Origin: Eledone cirrhosa
Lineage: Eukaryota
Length of the DNA: 64,000 bases
Assembly: GCA_964016885.1 (NCBI GenBank)
Contig: OZ024741.1
Coordinates: 211,606,001 to 211,670,000, forward strand
Direction: 5' to 3'
This document shows, piece by piece, positions 38,842-53,920 of this stretch. How positions within the stretch are numbered: position 1 is the stretch's first letter; each line of letters starts with the position of its first letter. Below the pieces are notes generated by a model that saw only the letters and a program-made list of their open reading frames with translations, did not search any database and had not been told where the DNA came from. Position numbers and translations under genes: made by a program.

Positions 38842-41800
38842 CAACAAAACGAAAGCACACACAAGAACTACAGACAAAAACAAACACAACACAAGAAAAT
38901 TACACTTACACTTACATAAACACTGAAAACAAAACACTAATGGAGACCATCACGAACAACCCTTCGGTTTTCTCCGAAGGGAAAACTTTCGCCCACTCTA
39001 TTAAAAATAGCAAAAAACTGAACCTAAAACTGATTAGGGTCCCTATACAAACTTATAGGTCCCTAAAAGAAACATTTGAGAAGGATGTGGGTAATTCCTG
39101 CGTGAAACCACTCAACCGCGTCCTTCTCAAATGCCTCCCCACCCCAGACACCCCCATCCCACCAGACCCCACCCCACCAAACATCTGCGTCCCCACCCCA
39201 CCGGAAACCACCACCCATCCAGACAACCCCTCCAACACCCCCATGGAAATCGTGCGGCCTGGTCCCCAGGAGGCGAAGGGTGAGTGATCTCTTTTCCTCT
39301 TTTAACTTTTCAGCACCAACATGGCCAATATAAGAGTTGGATGTGTGAACGTACGCGGCCTGGGGATGCCCTGGAAACAGGGCAAACTCTTAAACGACCT
39401 CAGATCGCACAGTATGGATGTGGTAGCGATTTGCGAGTCCAGGATTCACGGCGAGCGACAGCTGGCCCCTATCTTCGATGACTTTGAGATCTACGCATCT
39501 CTCTGTCAACCGGGGGGTGGGGGCGGAGTTGCCGTTTTGCTGCGGAAACACCTGGGCCTCGTAACACAGACGGTACATCTGGACACGGAGGGTCGACTGG
39601 TGGTCCTAGACGTTGACGGTAGTGAAGGTGGAGCCTTCAGGCTGGTGGCCGCATATGCCCCATCCTGGACACCGCGGCCAGACTTCTTCAAACGTCTAGA
39701 GACTTTTCTGGGAACGTCCCGCTCCTTGCTTTTAGTGGGGGACTGGAATGGAATCCTAGATGCACGTTGGGACTATGTGGGAGCATGTCCCGATAAAGGG
39801 GGGTGTAACAGCCTCAAACAGTTAATCGACCGATTTGACCTGGCCGATAGATATCGACTAGATTTTCCGACTGCGCCAATGTGGACGTGGAGTAATCGTA
39901 GCGGAACATCTAGATCGTACCTAGATAGGGTTCTAGTTAGAAATAAGGATAGGGACATGTTAAGCTGTCCACAAATGTTCATGGTTGCCTATTCAGATCA
40001 CAAACTAGTGACCTGCATGGCCAACCTTGATAGAACCCATAGACAAGGACCTGGCTACTGGAAGCTGAACTTGTCGTTACCGACAAGCAAAGCCTACAGT
40101 AGACGGATTATCACTTTAGTTAAACAGCACTTGACAGGGGCCATTGTCAAGATGGTGGTACTCTCTCAAGAGGGCAGTTAGATTAGACTCGATACATTTT
40201 AGTAAAGAGTTAGCGTTAGATAGAAATAGAACCGAGAAGGAACTGGTAGATAAAGTAGAAGAGGCAATTAGAAGTGGCAACGTAGCCAGCGTGTTAGCAA
40301 CGAGAACGGCCTTGGACCAGTTCTTCGACGCAAAGCACGAGGGCTGCGTTGTCAGAAGCAAAATACGTGCTCTGGGAAACGAGGGAGCAAAAGCTGTTAG
40401 CTGGGCCCGAGTGACGGAGGCAAAAAGTGGCAACAAGTCCACGATTCGGTCTTTGAAGGACCAAAACGGACGCGTGATACGTGAGCCGAAGCAGATGTGT
40501 GTGGCTTTTCAGCGGCACTTTGCTCGGCTGTTCGGGGGGAGCGGCGCGCCGGGAGAGGCTATGGATTTCGGTCCATACCTCGACGGCCTACCGCGACTCT
40601 CGGACAGCGAGGCAAAGTTCTGCGAAAAGCCGATTTCAGCCACTGAGATAGGGGACGCGCTGAGCCAATGCGGCAAACGCAAATCTCCAGGTCTCGACGG
40701 TCTACCCTACGAATTTTACGTAGCAATGCCGGACTTATTCTCCGGTCTCCTGGAAGCGGTCTACTGCAACTGGCAACAGAACGGGAGAATTCCCAGTTCT
40801 GTAACCGGGGGCGTGGTCACACTAATCAGGAAGGACGAGAATAAGGGGGATGACATAGGCAACTTCCGGCCCATAACTCTGCTAAACACAGAGTTACAGA
40901 TTTTGGCCAAGGTGTTGGCCAAGAGGCTGGCGCTTGTCGTCGAGAACCTGGTGAGAGAAGCGCAGACATGCGCAATCCCGACCAGGTCCATACACGACAA
41001 CCTCCACCTCATGCGATACATCATAGACAGAGTAGGGTGTAAACCCGGCTTCGGTGGGGCCCTGATCAACTTGGATCAGTCTAAGGCTTTCGATAGGGTT
41101 GACCATCGTTACCTGGATGCGGTGCTCGAGGCGGCAGGCTTCGGACCTGTGTTCAGGAGCTGGATTGCTGCAATGCACAACAGCAACATCTGCTCAAAGG
41201 TCAAGGTGAACGGTTACCTCTCGGAGCCGTTCCATATTACGCGATCCATTCGACAGGGATGCCCTCTCTCCTCCCTTCTGTACGTACTGACTCTCGAGCC
41301 ACTACTGCGGAAGCTGGAGCTATTGCAGGGCATCCCTCTGGAACCGGGACTGCGGAAAGCGGCGTCGGCCTACGCCGACGACGTAACAGTAATGGTGTCG
41401 AGCGCCTCGCAAATCGAGGAAGTCGGTACCTTACTGAAGGAATACGAAAGTGTCACAGGAGCGAAGCTGAACCGGGACAAGTCCATCGGTTTGCAACTCG
41501 GATCGTGGAGAGGCAGACCGATGCCTTCCGATGGCGTCGTCGGACGCTGGACGGAAGGACCGGTAAAGCTGCTCGGGGTCTGGTTTGGTCCGGACCTCCA
41601 GGTGGAGAAGAACTGGAACGAAGTGACGGCCAAGGTGTTTGCACTCACCCAGAAGTGGGCCGAGTGCAAACTATCCTTGAAAGGTCGAGCGGAGGTGGCG
41701 AACACTTTTATAACGTCCGCCATCTACTACCGCTTGACCGTCGTGCCTTGTCCAGCCAAAACGCTCGCCAAAATGGAGCGCGCGCTCTTCCGATTCCTTT

Positions 41801-42990
41801 GGAAGAGGCGGGTTCCTTTGGTGAGAAGATGCATCTGCTGCCAACACCCTTCTAACGGAGGGCTGGGGATGCCGTGGTTGACGATGCGCAAACACGCGCT
41901 CAGGCTGCGGCATCTCTACGTATTCCTCACCGGACAACCGGTGTGGGCCCCGTTCGTGAGGCGAGCCTTCCCACGACTCGTCTCGCTGACCGAGCTGCAG
42001 TCCTGGGTCAAGCAAAGACCGAGGAAAATGAGCGACTGGCACATCGAATGTGCTCAGGCGCTCACAGCCCTCTGGCAGGCGGACCCGGCGATCAGTGGAG
42101 ACTCCACTTCGTCATTCTATAGAGGGTTGGTCCGCAGCAAGTGCGACGACGCGCTCGGTGAAACTCTAGGCGTAGAGGAAGATGAACTGGCCAGTCTGTT
42201 CGGTAGGACCTTCCGCCCGGGACCGATGGACAACTTCCAAAAGTCCCTGGCCTGGCAGTGCTACCGAGGAGCTCTACCAGTTCGAGACAAGCTCTACAGA
42301 CATGGGCGCCCGGGCAGGGACCCTGCAAAAAAGATCTGTCCGAGGTGCGTGCGAGACGAAGAAACCGTCGCGCACGCATTCATACACTGCCCGGGCGTCA
42401 CTGACCTGTGGGGCTATGTAGAACGACTATTGTCGCGGGTGGGACCAATCCAGTTGACCACCGAATCCATTGTCATGATCAAACCGCCACCCTGCTTCAA
42501 AAACGAAGGAGAGGCGGTTTTCCTTTGTGTGATAGCTATGGCGAAAGAGATTGTATGGTGGACAAGGTTGAAAGGGCTGAGGTCAGACACCTTTCTCTCC
42601 GGCCAACAACTGATTCTTTTTTTCAAATACCACTTTGGAAGAAGAATCAGGATGGAGAGAGATATGCTGTACCCCAGCAAGTTTTATGAAAGGTGGGTGA
42701 AAGTGGCGAGAATGGCCCGAGTGAATGGGCCTTCTCTCTATATCAGCCTGTAGGTTGAGGAAAAGGAGGAGGAGAGGAAAGGAGTACAAACTCTTCGTAC
42801 GCCTGGAGATGAGGGTTGCACATTTTTTTTCGGGGGTATGTGTTACCCATATAAACTGTCTCCCTCTACTGGGGAAAATCGACTAACTTTTTAAATTCCA
42901 TTTGTATAACATTTTACACGTTTTTATTGTATGTAAACTCCCTCCTTTGTATTTGTCCCCTTCTTTTGTGCCCCTGTGGCTAATAAAGCA
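38842..42990 (+). mobile_element. 5'-truncated Tx1/L1 element (copy 3) directly downstream of (TCTA)n
   Basis: ORF1 C-terminus to 39287, ORF2 39321-42753, 3' UTR ending AATAAA at ~42982; (TCTA)n at 38713-38841. Confidence 0.95.
39321..42753 (+). pseudogene. ORF2 (APE-RT-CCHC) with one frameshift at ~40150
   Basis: Motifs CVNVRGL, GDWN, YLDRV, SDH, KAFDRV, RQGCPLS, AYADD and CPRC...HC. About 5 nt are lost in the VNNRWW region relative to copy 1. Confidence 0.92.
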
Positions 42991-42997
42991 ATATCTC

Positions 42998-43070
<73 letters not shown>

Positions 43071-43099
43071 CTATATATATATATTACTATATATATATA

Positions 43100-43237
43100 T
43101 TTCGTTTCTGAATTTGTTTCTTATTGGCAACATGACACTCCCAAAGTATAACAATATCGGTTTCAACACACGATTTCAGATAAAGAATCTTGCTAAACAA
43201 ATACTTATTGGCAACATGACCCTCCCAAAGTATAACA

Positions 43238-43240
<3 letters not shown>
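43100..43240 (+). mobile_element. Solo Penelope terminus fragment with ~37-nt direct repeat
   Basis: cttattggcaacatgac(a/c)ctcccaaagtataacaata occurs twice and matches the ends of the elements at 1873 and 37380. Confidence 0.7.
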
Positions 43241-43268
<28 letters not shown>

Positions 43269-43861
43269 TATATATATATATACATATATATGTGTATATA
43301 TTATATATTATATATTATATTTATATACCTATCACATTCATATGCTCCAATAAATCAACGTAGACTAAAACACACACACAACACACACGTAAACACATAA
43401 ACACGTTTACATGCACACACGTATGCACGCTTATAGCGTCAACACACGGATATACCTTCGCACAGTAAATCATGATTTATGATCGGTTAACGTATCAGGC
43501 GAACGATTTGTTGAAGATATCTAGCAACATTATCTATAAATACTATCTATAAATGATATCTGTGAATTACAGAGTTATTTTCAAAGAGCTTCCATTAAAG
43601 ATTTGAAACAAACCAAAAAAGAAAAAAAAAGCAAACGATAACATGATACAATAATATACAAGAAAAATCGAATTCAAAAATATTTTAAAATTAAATTTTT
43701 AGTTGACATTTACTGACACCAAACTCCAAATATATTAACTATTGATTTTATTCTAAATAACCGTGTACAAATTGCTTTATGTGGGAAGCAACGCAACAAG
43801 TTTACCTAGCTAGCTATGTACTTGATATTTCATGCTGAAATCAGCATTCACAGAAACGCAC

Positions 43862-44280
43862 AGGGGTAGGTAGTTGGGTAGGGAGGTAGGTGGTTGTGTA
43901 GGTGGGTAGGTGGATAGGTAGCTAGGGAGGTAGGTAGGTAGGTGGGTAGGTGGGTAGGGTAGGGAGGTAGGTGGGTAGGTAGATAGGTAGGTAGGTAGGT
44001 AGGTAGGTAGGTGTGTAGGTAAGTGGGTATGCAGTTAGATAGGTAGATAGGTAGATAGGTTAGGTAGATAGGTAAGGAGGTAGGTGCGTAGGTAGGTGCG
44101 TAGGTGGTAAGTGAGTATGTAGTTAGGTAGGCAGGTAGGCAGGTAGAGAGGTAGGTATGTTAGGTAGATAGATGGGTAGGTAGGTGGGTACGTGAGTATG
44201 TAGGTATGTACATAGCTAGGTAGGTATGTATGTAGGTAGGTGGGTAGGTAGTTAGGTGGGTGGCAATCAGGTAGGTAAGG
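43862..44280. repeat. Degenerate (GGTA)n tetranucleotide array
   Basis: Direct inspection. Confidence 0.9.
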
Positions 44281-44399
44281 AAAATTCAAATCCAGAAGAA
44301 ACTGCATACAACTGCAATACTGGTTTTAATTAAATATCCCAGTAATGTACTGGGTAATTGCTGGCCTTGTTCCAATAGTAGAAACAATTAATTATATAT

Positions 44400-44682
44400 C
44401 CCTTTGACACTTACTCTTTATCATTCTCCCTCTTATTCCTTGGACTATCTCGGCTGTGTTCAGACCTAGAAAGGACTGTGCTTGACTAAGTTTACACTCC
44501 GGCCCTATGATTACGCTATCCCATATCAGTGCACACCTATGCAGCGCACACCTATGCAGGTTGCGGAGCAACGTGAAATAAAGTGTCTTGTTCAAGGAAA
44601 CAACACATCACACGGTCCGAGAATTGAACTCACAACCTTTCGATTGTAAGTCCAATGCTCTAACCACTAAGCCATGCGCCTT
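44400..44682 (-). mobile_element. tRNA-derived SINE, second family
   Basis: Minus strand starts ggcgcatggcttagtggttagagc (A box)...gagttcaattc (B box)...caagacactttatttcacgttgctcc; homologue at 60790. Confidence 0.8.
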
Positions 44683-44823
44683 CACATCCCATATCAGTGC
44701 TCACACATAAACATAAAAATCTCATATTTGCTTTCGTGTACACACCTATGATGAACTATGCTATGTTAATGCCACTCTAAATAACGCTAACCATTCAAGA
44801 TCACAGAATATGCAAATGCAGAA

Positions 44824-44945
44824 AACTCATCAGACTTGTGGATTTGATAATCCACAAGTCTGATGAGTTATCGATTCCAGAATCGAGTGCGATCAATGTC
44901 GACCATTCCTGAAGTTGGTTGCTCGCGAAACACGAGTCATGTGAG
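44824..44945 (+). ncRNA. Hammerhead-like motif preceded by a 20-bp fold-back of its own 5' end
   Basis: aactcatcagacttgtggat/atccacaagtctgatgagtt hairpin; CTGATGA-g...c-GAAA-cacgag-TC-atgtg followed by AATAAA. Stem I is imperfect. Confidence 0.5.
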
Positions 44946-45246
44946 AATAAAAATAATGATGTTCTATTGATACTTCCTTCCTGCGCTTTCCTCCTTGAAC
45001 TATTCTTCAGAAACTCCTGGTATATAAATATACCTATATAGCTATATAATTATATACAAATTCATATACACAAACAAACGAGGAAGAGGTAAAGAAGAGA
45101 ACAAATAGTCATTGAAAAGGTCACACGATGCGTTAGGAAAGAAGTTTTAAGAACTAACCAATAACTAATAATAAAGATAAATTAAAAATCGAGAAGTGAA
45201 TATTTTTTTGTTTTACTGGCAACATGAGCATCCCTGAACTAATCTA

Positions 45247-45336
<90 letters not shown>

Positions 45337-45795
45337 AGTATGTATGTATACGTACATACATATATGTATACAGACGTACAGTAGTATGTATATACATACA
45401 TACAGGCACACATATATATATGCACGTATCGGTTTACCGAACATTTATTATAATGCTCGGTTTGTTTATTTGTAAACAAACAAACAGCCCGAATTACGCC
45501 GTATAGTGTTTAGGCAACCACGTCACCTTTTTGTTCAACACTGACACAGGAACGATGTACTAGTTTCAAGCTTATTAGCTATCGTCAGCATTGTATACCG
45601 ATACGTACATATATATATGTGTGCATTGTATACCGATACATGCATATATATATATGTGTGCATGTGCATGTATGTGTATATATACATACTACTGTACGTC
45701 TGTTTTATATATATGTATGTACGTATACATACATACATACTTACATTTAAGTAAGTGCCGTTCTAAGAGTGAGAAATGAAATTTCGTTTCATTCT
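45337..45795 (-). mobile_element. Hammerhead mini-element copy 3 (diverged), with inverted terminal segment; hammerhead at 45552-45594
   Basis: Minus strand reads acaatg-CTGACGA-t agc taataa gct t-GAAA-ctag-TA-catcgt. 45688-45795 is inverted, as in copy 2. Confidence 0.78.
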
Positions 45796-45801
45796 ATTCT
45801 A

Positions 45802-45860
<59 letters not shown>

Positions 45861-45981
45861 GATAACAAGTTATCGTTATAGGTAATCCAGTTAGGAGTTA
45901 TGAGTAGTCCGCGTGGTGGATAGTTTTAACGTACCGTTTTGTTTGACTCAACAAGGTGTTTCCATAGTTCTGCAGCGAGTT

Positions 45982-47500
45982 CTCCAATACATTGTTTACC
46001 ACTGGTCAACACATCAGAGTACGTAGATATGAAAACAATTCACTCGAGGCAAGACTTATACAGAAAAACAGCATAAAACGAAAACAATAACATCAATAAT
46101 AAAATAGCGTATAATTTAAACAATTAACCTACCAACGCGCACCATAGCACCAAATACAAAACACAAACACATAACATCACAACCACAAACGCATCAGAAC
46201 ACATCACAACAAAACATTAATAGGCCTAAATCACAACCCACCCACAACAACTTACAAAACCGCAACGACAAACCTGCACAAAATAAAACCTCAAATTGTA
46301 ATTGCTACCTACCAGATAAGTGCCCACTACGGAATAGATGCCTAGATTCGAGTATGGCATACTTGTGTACTGTGAATTCAGGCAACTCTACTTGGCACTA
46401 CCTAGGTTGCACAGCTGGGGAGTTTAAGAAAAGGTGGTACGTCCACAGCCACTCCATGAAGAACAGTGTACTGGAGAACTCGACAACGCTCGCCAATAAG
46501 ATCTGGCAGCTTAAGGACAAAACCTAGAATATAAGATTAGCTGGTCGAAATTATCGGTAGCAAAAGCCTACAGCAACGGTATATCCCACTGCGGGCTTTG
46601 TAATTTAGAACTACTTCATAATTTAAGGTACGATAGGATGTTGCTTAACAGCAAAATAGAAAGATATATTTTCTGTAGACATAAAATAGCTACTAGATTT
46701 ACAAACTTCAAACGACCATGATTTGAACCAGCAATCCCAAAATTAGTACTGAACCACCTACATTTTAACATATAGAATACATACCATCGCACTGCTATTA
46801 GCTATCAAACTGCCAACTGGTCACTGGATCATAAATCTCTGTACATTTCTTCCACCCTCACTCCATCAACCCCATTAAGATAGAACAACCAGCAAAACAT
46901 TTACAACAAGCATTTATCAAACGTCATCCCTAGCCCATAAATATCATACATGTATACACCAATTAATCTCTAATTTATTGATTTTTCTTTTATCGGACGC
47001 TCTACACATATTTATCTACTCCCAAATCTGGTTTCTCATGTTAGCACCAACGAATCCTTATAAGAACACTTACTCAAAAATTACTAATATCTACTTACAC
47101 TCTCTCATTCATTTATTTGTTATATTTTCCATTTCCTCATTTTCTTATTATTTTTTAATGCACCCTATCTCATATTTTACTTTTTACTTTTTACATCTGT
47201 AACTTCTCTATCTATTTACCATACATGTTTTATTATTGATGTTATTGTTTTAATTATACGGTATTTTATTATTGATGTTATTGTTTTGGTTTTACCCTGT
47301 TTGTCTATATAAATCTTGCCTCGAGTGAATTATTTTCATATCTACGTACTCTGATGTGTTGGCCAGTGGGAAACAATGTATTGGAGTACGATTAACGCAA
47401 TCTCAAGCGATTAGCGAACTCTAGACACATCTGATCAATGAAACAATTGTCAGTACTTAAAGCCCTTATGGTACAGCCAACCATGTTACTCTTATTTCTT

Positions 47501-47505
<5 letters not shown>
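45982..47505 (+). mobile_element. 5'-truncated Penelope-like element of a second clade, with inverted terminal segment
   Basis: ~46290-46721 encodes CNCYLPDKCP...AYLCTV...YLGCTAGEFKKRWYVH...IWQLK...ISW...CGLCNLE...LLNSKIE...CRH (frameshifted). 45982-46058 is the inverted copy of 47312-47386. Confidence 0.85.
47346..47456 (+). ncRNA. Hammerhead with long stem II and A9>U core variant, in Penelope 3' terminus
   Basis: gtact-CTGATGT-gttggccag...ctgatcaat-GAAA-caattg-TC-agtac. Confidence 0.65.
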
Positions 47506-47532
<27 letters not shown>

Positions 47533-47535
47533 GAT

Positions 47536-47622
<87 letters not shown>

Positions 47623-47851
47623 TATATATACGTATATATATATATGTATATATATATATGTGTGAGTGTGTGTGTATGTGTGTGTATGTGTGTGTGTATA
47701 ATATGTAGATACAATAGTAGAGTATATACCTCTTTATACAGAAATGACTACAGGACTAGAACTGCTTCATTCGAATGAAATCACAAAGAATTACTAGAGA
47801 AAGAGTTCTAGGCTAGGAAAAGTCTTTTCAGTCTCTCTCTTTCTCTACCTT

Positions 47852-47940
<89 letters not shown>

Positions 47941-47988
47941 GGAACAGTTCCAGTCCTGTAGAAGCCATTTCCATATTAATAATGACAC

Positions 47989-48019
<31 letters not shown>

Positions 48020-48519
48020 AGTATAGATAATTTGTGACTATGTCTTTATCATCAAGTGTATTTTGTATGCAATCTAGCTCACTCTACATTCGATGTCTCC
48101 TCCGCCACTATTTTCATCCGTTCATCCTTCTACTTCTCCTGTTATAATCCTCAATCCACCATCTCATATTAATCAATGTTAGTAGTGCATCACCTCAGGG
48201 GACATTTGCAAACCACGACTCATTTGTGATTAATATTACTATATACAAATCCAGCGGGAAAGCCAGGACCTAGAGCAATCACTGTTGTCTATTATTGCTT
48301 CACGGAAGAAGGAGAAGCGCCACATGACCTAATGGTCTCTAAATAAGTCAAAATGTCCGCGATGATGATACCAGGGAGAAATCGAAACATTTAATTTGAT
48401 GACGTGTTATTATTGAAATGTTCGGATAAATGGTGTTGGTTGGCCAATACATAATTTGCAGCCTGCAGTCAATTGATATCTGATATAAGTAAATTATCGG
48501 TAGGTTTCAGCGAACTAAA

Positions 48520-50130
<1,611 letters not shown>

Positions 50131-50398
50131 GTTTATGCGTATGTATATGATGAATGCGCACGAATCCTTGCGTGTGTGAATATATGTATATGTTAGGCAA
50201 CAAGTTGTAATGGTAAGATGTAAGGGATTCTAAAATTGATTTGAAAAAGCTTTAATCATATCTCCTGAAGCTATTCTGACCGAGTCTTTGATCGAAGATG
50301 CAAACTCCACCCTCATTAACTAACAACGAATATACCGACAGAAAACCTAGCCAAAAATTTCAAACTCATTCGCATACATAAATGTTTAATAAATTAAA

Positions 50399-50463
<65 letters not shown>

Positions 50464-50502
50464 GTTGTTATAAATACGCATCCATGATTACACACACACA
50501 AA

Positions 50503-50580
<78 letters not shown>

Positions 50581-51212
50581 TATAACGAATGAAGTGTGGT
50601 AAGGAACCAGGTGAACCATACGCACCAGAGTAATCGATACTTGGGTAGTAGAGTGGATAATAGTAAAAGTGTATATATATATATATATATATATGTACAT
50701 ATATACACACACATGCACACCCACATGCACACACACATATATGCACACACAGACACAGACACACACACACACACATATGTGTGTGTGTCTGTGTGTGTGG
50801 GGGGTGTATTCAGGAATTTTAACTGTGTGTCTCGATGTGAAAATTTAAACAACTCTCGAAAGCATTTTGTTATTTTCTTCTCAGAAAAACATAAGAGTTT
50901 GCTTATTCATAATCCACAACTAATTGAATGTTCAGCAGTATACCTTATTTATCTGTCCACAAAGAGATATATATTCAAACATCATTTATATGAAGCACAA
51001 ATTAGGGATAAATTTCAAAAATGTTTTTTTTGTTGGCCGGCGAGGTTAATCAAATACATTGCGACTATCGTCATTGGATTTACATAGATAAGCAGCATGA
51101 GGTAGCTTCTTCAGCGGGACTGCAACATGAATGGTGACTGTGTGTTGGTGTTTGTATATACAGCTTTGCACGAAACAGCCCAAATGTAAATGACACGTCT
51201 ATATCCATTTTA

Positions 51213-51430
51213 TTGGCGATGGATTGGCAGTATCGGTAGAACGTCAGAAACCATGCTTCGTAGCATAGAGTTAATGCCATTTACGCTTTGATTTCAAATC
51301 CCACCGTGGTTAATTTTGCCTTTCATACTTAGGGGGTCGATAAAATAGAGTACCAGTCACGCACTGGGATCTATTTAATCGACTTTCCACTTCCCTTCAA
51401 ATTGCTGGTCTTGTGTCAAATAGAGAATCC
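51213..51430 (+). mobile_element. tRNA-derived SINE, main family
   Basis: ggcgatggattggcagtatcggtaga...ggggtcgataaaatagagtaccagt. Confidence 0.78.
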
Positions 51431-51983
51431 ATTATAGATATAATCCATTCCGTGTCAGCTCAAACTATAGAAATCATATTTCAAATCAAAATTTCAAGTA
51501 AACTTGTGGCGGTAGTTACATATACATATATTCATTGGAGAATCCATACGTCTGATGAGCTATCCAGATCTACCAATCGTAGATTGAGATGATCGATGGC
51601 AAAATATAATGATGTTATATTGATACTTCATTCCTGCTCCATATATATAGTTTAAGATAGAAAAGGATAAATAGAAGAAAACGATTACATAACTAGTTAT
51701 TAGTTTCACGCTGGATAGAAATTGAAAAAGCAATGTTTCAGCATATCGGACAATAATTTTCATCAGGAAAGAGTAAAGCTAGGAGAAAAAGGGGGTTTAA
51801 ATGTTGCGAAAGAAAAGAAAGTGGTTTCAAGTTGTCTGTGATGGTCAAGTATTCCGGCCTGCAAGGATGGATTTCCATATATATATATATATATATATGT
51901 TTATCCCGAGTTCATTCAAGGGTAACCACAGTAAGTAAGGTACTCAAATCATAGCAGAGTATAAATATTTAATATAGAAAAGG

Positions 51984-52030
51984 CTTCTACAGGACTAGAA
52001 ATGTTTCATTCGGGAGAAATCATCAGGAAG
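51984..52030 (-). ncRNA. Type I hammerhead, family A, intact core
   Basis: Minus strand reads cttc-CTGATGA-t ttc tccc gaa t-GAAA-ca tttctagtcc tg-TA-gaag, within a short terminus (51900-52045) flanked by (TA)n. Confidence 0.75.
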
Positions 52031-52047
52031 ACCCTGGGCTTCTATAT

Positions 52048-52101
<54 letters not shown>

Positions 52102-52284
52102 TGTGTGTGTATGCATGTGTGTATCTGTATGTGTGTGCGTGTGCGTGTGTGTGTGTGTGCGTGTGCGCGCGCGTTTGTCTGTATTTTTAAATATGTGTAT
52201 GTGTTCATGTATACATAATATTCACACATGCACGCTGACATGCCTACATATATCTGAGAGAGAGAGAGAAAGAGAGAAAAAGTG

Positions 52285-52341
<57 letters not shown>

Positions 52342-52364
52342 GAGATCCTGTTTCAGTTTTAGCT

Positions 52365-52665
52365 GTATATTTTGTGAAAACCTATTTTTGATAACTAAAC
52401 GTAAACTATATATTATTTCTACTTTTGGCACAGGGCCAGCATCACCCAGTGCACTACTGGTACTTTATATTATCGAGCCAGTAATGGTGAAAGACAAAGT
52501 GAACCTCGGCGGGATTTGAACGAGGTTAAATTTGCCTTTCATCCTTACTGGGTCGATAAAATAAAGTACCAGTAATGCACTGGGTAATTGCTGGCCTTGT
52601 GCCAAAAGTAGAAACAATATATAGTTTACGTTTAGTTATCAAAAATAGGTTTTCACAAAATATAT
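52365..52665. repeat. Fold-back palindrome made of a SINE 3' half plus its flank
   Basis: 52365-52508 and 52521-52665 are reverse complements, including the non-SINE sequence tttgtgaaaacctatttttgataactaaacgtaaac. Confidence 0.85.
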
Positions 52666-52720
52666 CTATACAGACAAACATGTATCTCTCTCTCTGTATA
52701 TATATATATATATATATATA

Positions 52721-53021
52721 TTGGTAAACGGAATAGAAAATGCTGACAAATTGTTCACAGTTGAAAAATGGTTTAATTAGGAATAAAAGAGTATTAGTAA
52801 TTAGTGTCCGTGTTGTTTGCTCTGATCAGAGCAAACAACACGGACACTCTATCTCAAAATTATTTTTGAAAAGCATTTAGAAATGCGCAACCGGTAAAAA
52901 CTTAAAAACTTAAAACCACAACTGAATACTAACCCATACAATTACTAATACTCTTTTATTCCTAATTAAACCATTTTTCAACTGTGAACAATTTGTCAGC
53001 ATTTTCTATTCCGTTTACCAA
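52721..53021. repeat. ~80-bp perfect inverted repeat with a nested 46-bp palindrome
   Basis: 52721-52802 pairs with 52940-53021; the inner palindrome is agtgtccgtgttgtttgctctga|tcagagcaaacaacacggacact (52803-52848). Confidence 0.88.
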
Positions 53022-53088
53022 TATATAATAACTTGTGTGTTACACCTCTATTCTTTTAACTATATATATATATATATATATATTTATT

Positions 53089-53221
53089 AAAATAACAGAT
53101 TAAAGTTTAAGCAAAGAATCGCTGCTTTCACCCTTAACGGGATCTTCTGAAACTCAGTTTCAGAAGATCCCGTTAAGGGTGAAAGCAGCGATTCTTTGCT
53201 TAAACTTCAATCTGTTATTTT
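53089..53221. repeat. ~130-bp near-perfect palindrome
   Basis: aaataacagattaaagtttaagcaaagaatcgctgctttcacccttaacgggatcttctgaaact-c-agtttcagaag...ctgttattt. One arm end recurs at 32770-32802. Confidence 0.9.
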
Positions 53222-53312
53222 ACTAAATATTTGCTCTACGGTTCTTATATATTTGATATATATTTTCCTTATCGAGCCCTCTTTGGATTTTAGTCTTCAA
53301 TTTTATTATTAT

Positions 53313-53372
<60 letters not shown>

Positions 53373-53400
53373 TCTCGCTACAACAATTTCTATACTTTTC

Positions 53401-53432
<32 letters not shown>

Positions 53433-53444
53433 AAAATATTTCTG

Positions 53445-53572
53445 AAATAGCCGTCGAAACGGCTTGAGCTCTGCCGTCGGGGTTAAACATTTTCCTATTA
53501 CCCACTCTACTACCCTAAGTACTGTGTACTCTGGTTATGGTCCATCTGGTTCCCTACCACACTTCCTTCGTT
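53445..53572 (+). mobile_element. Family D mini-element (hammerhead 3' half plus tail)
   Basis: gtc-GAAA-cggcttgagctctgccg-TC-gggg...ccttcgtt(TA)n. Confidence 0.72.
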
Positions 53573-53879
53573 ATATATATATATATATATATATACTGAG
53601 AGAGAGAGAGAAGGGGCGAGAGAGGGGGTTCAGAGTGAGAGAAAGAGGGGGAGAGAGACAGAGAGGGGGGAGAGATTTAGTTTCAAACGTAGCTACACCT
53701 AATTGTTAAAACAACTTTATAGAAGATAAACTACGACATTATATACGACATAAAACTAAAATGGCGTGTGTTTTCAAAAATTTGATTTGGTGGGTGATGG
53801 TGAAAATTGAGAGAGAACGGAGGGAAAATGAAAGGATTTCCAATTTAGTTTTAATTCCGCACTGTATCTCCTCTTCAAA

Positions 53880-53920
<41 letters not shown>

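Noticed and set aside
48357-48487. Possible C/D box snoRNA (ATGATGA ... CTGA)
   Set aside because: No terminal stem or recognisable guide; such short motifs are expected by chance
51725-51770. Minus-strand CTGATGA...GAAA
   Set aside because: Stems I and II do not pair and there is no UH site in register
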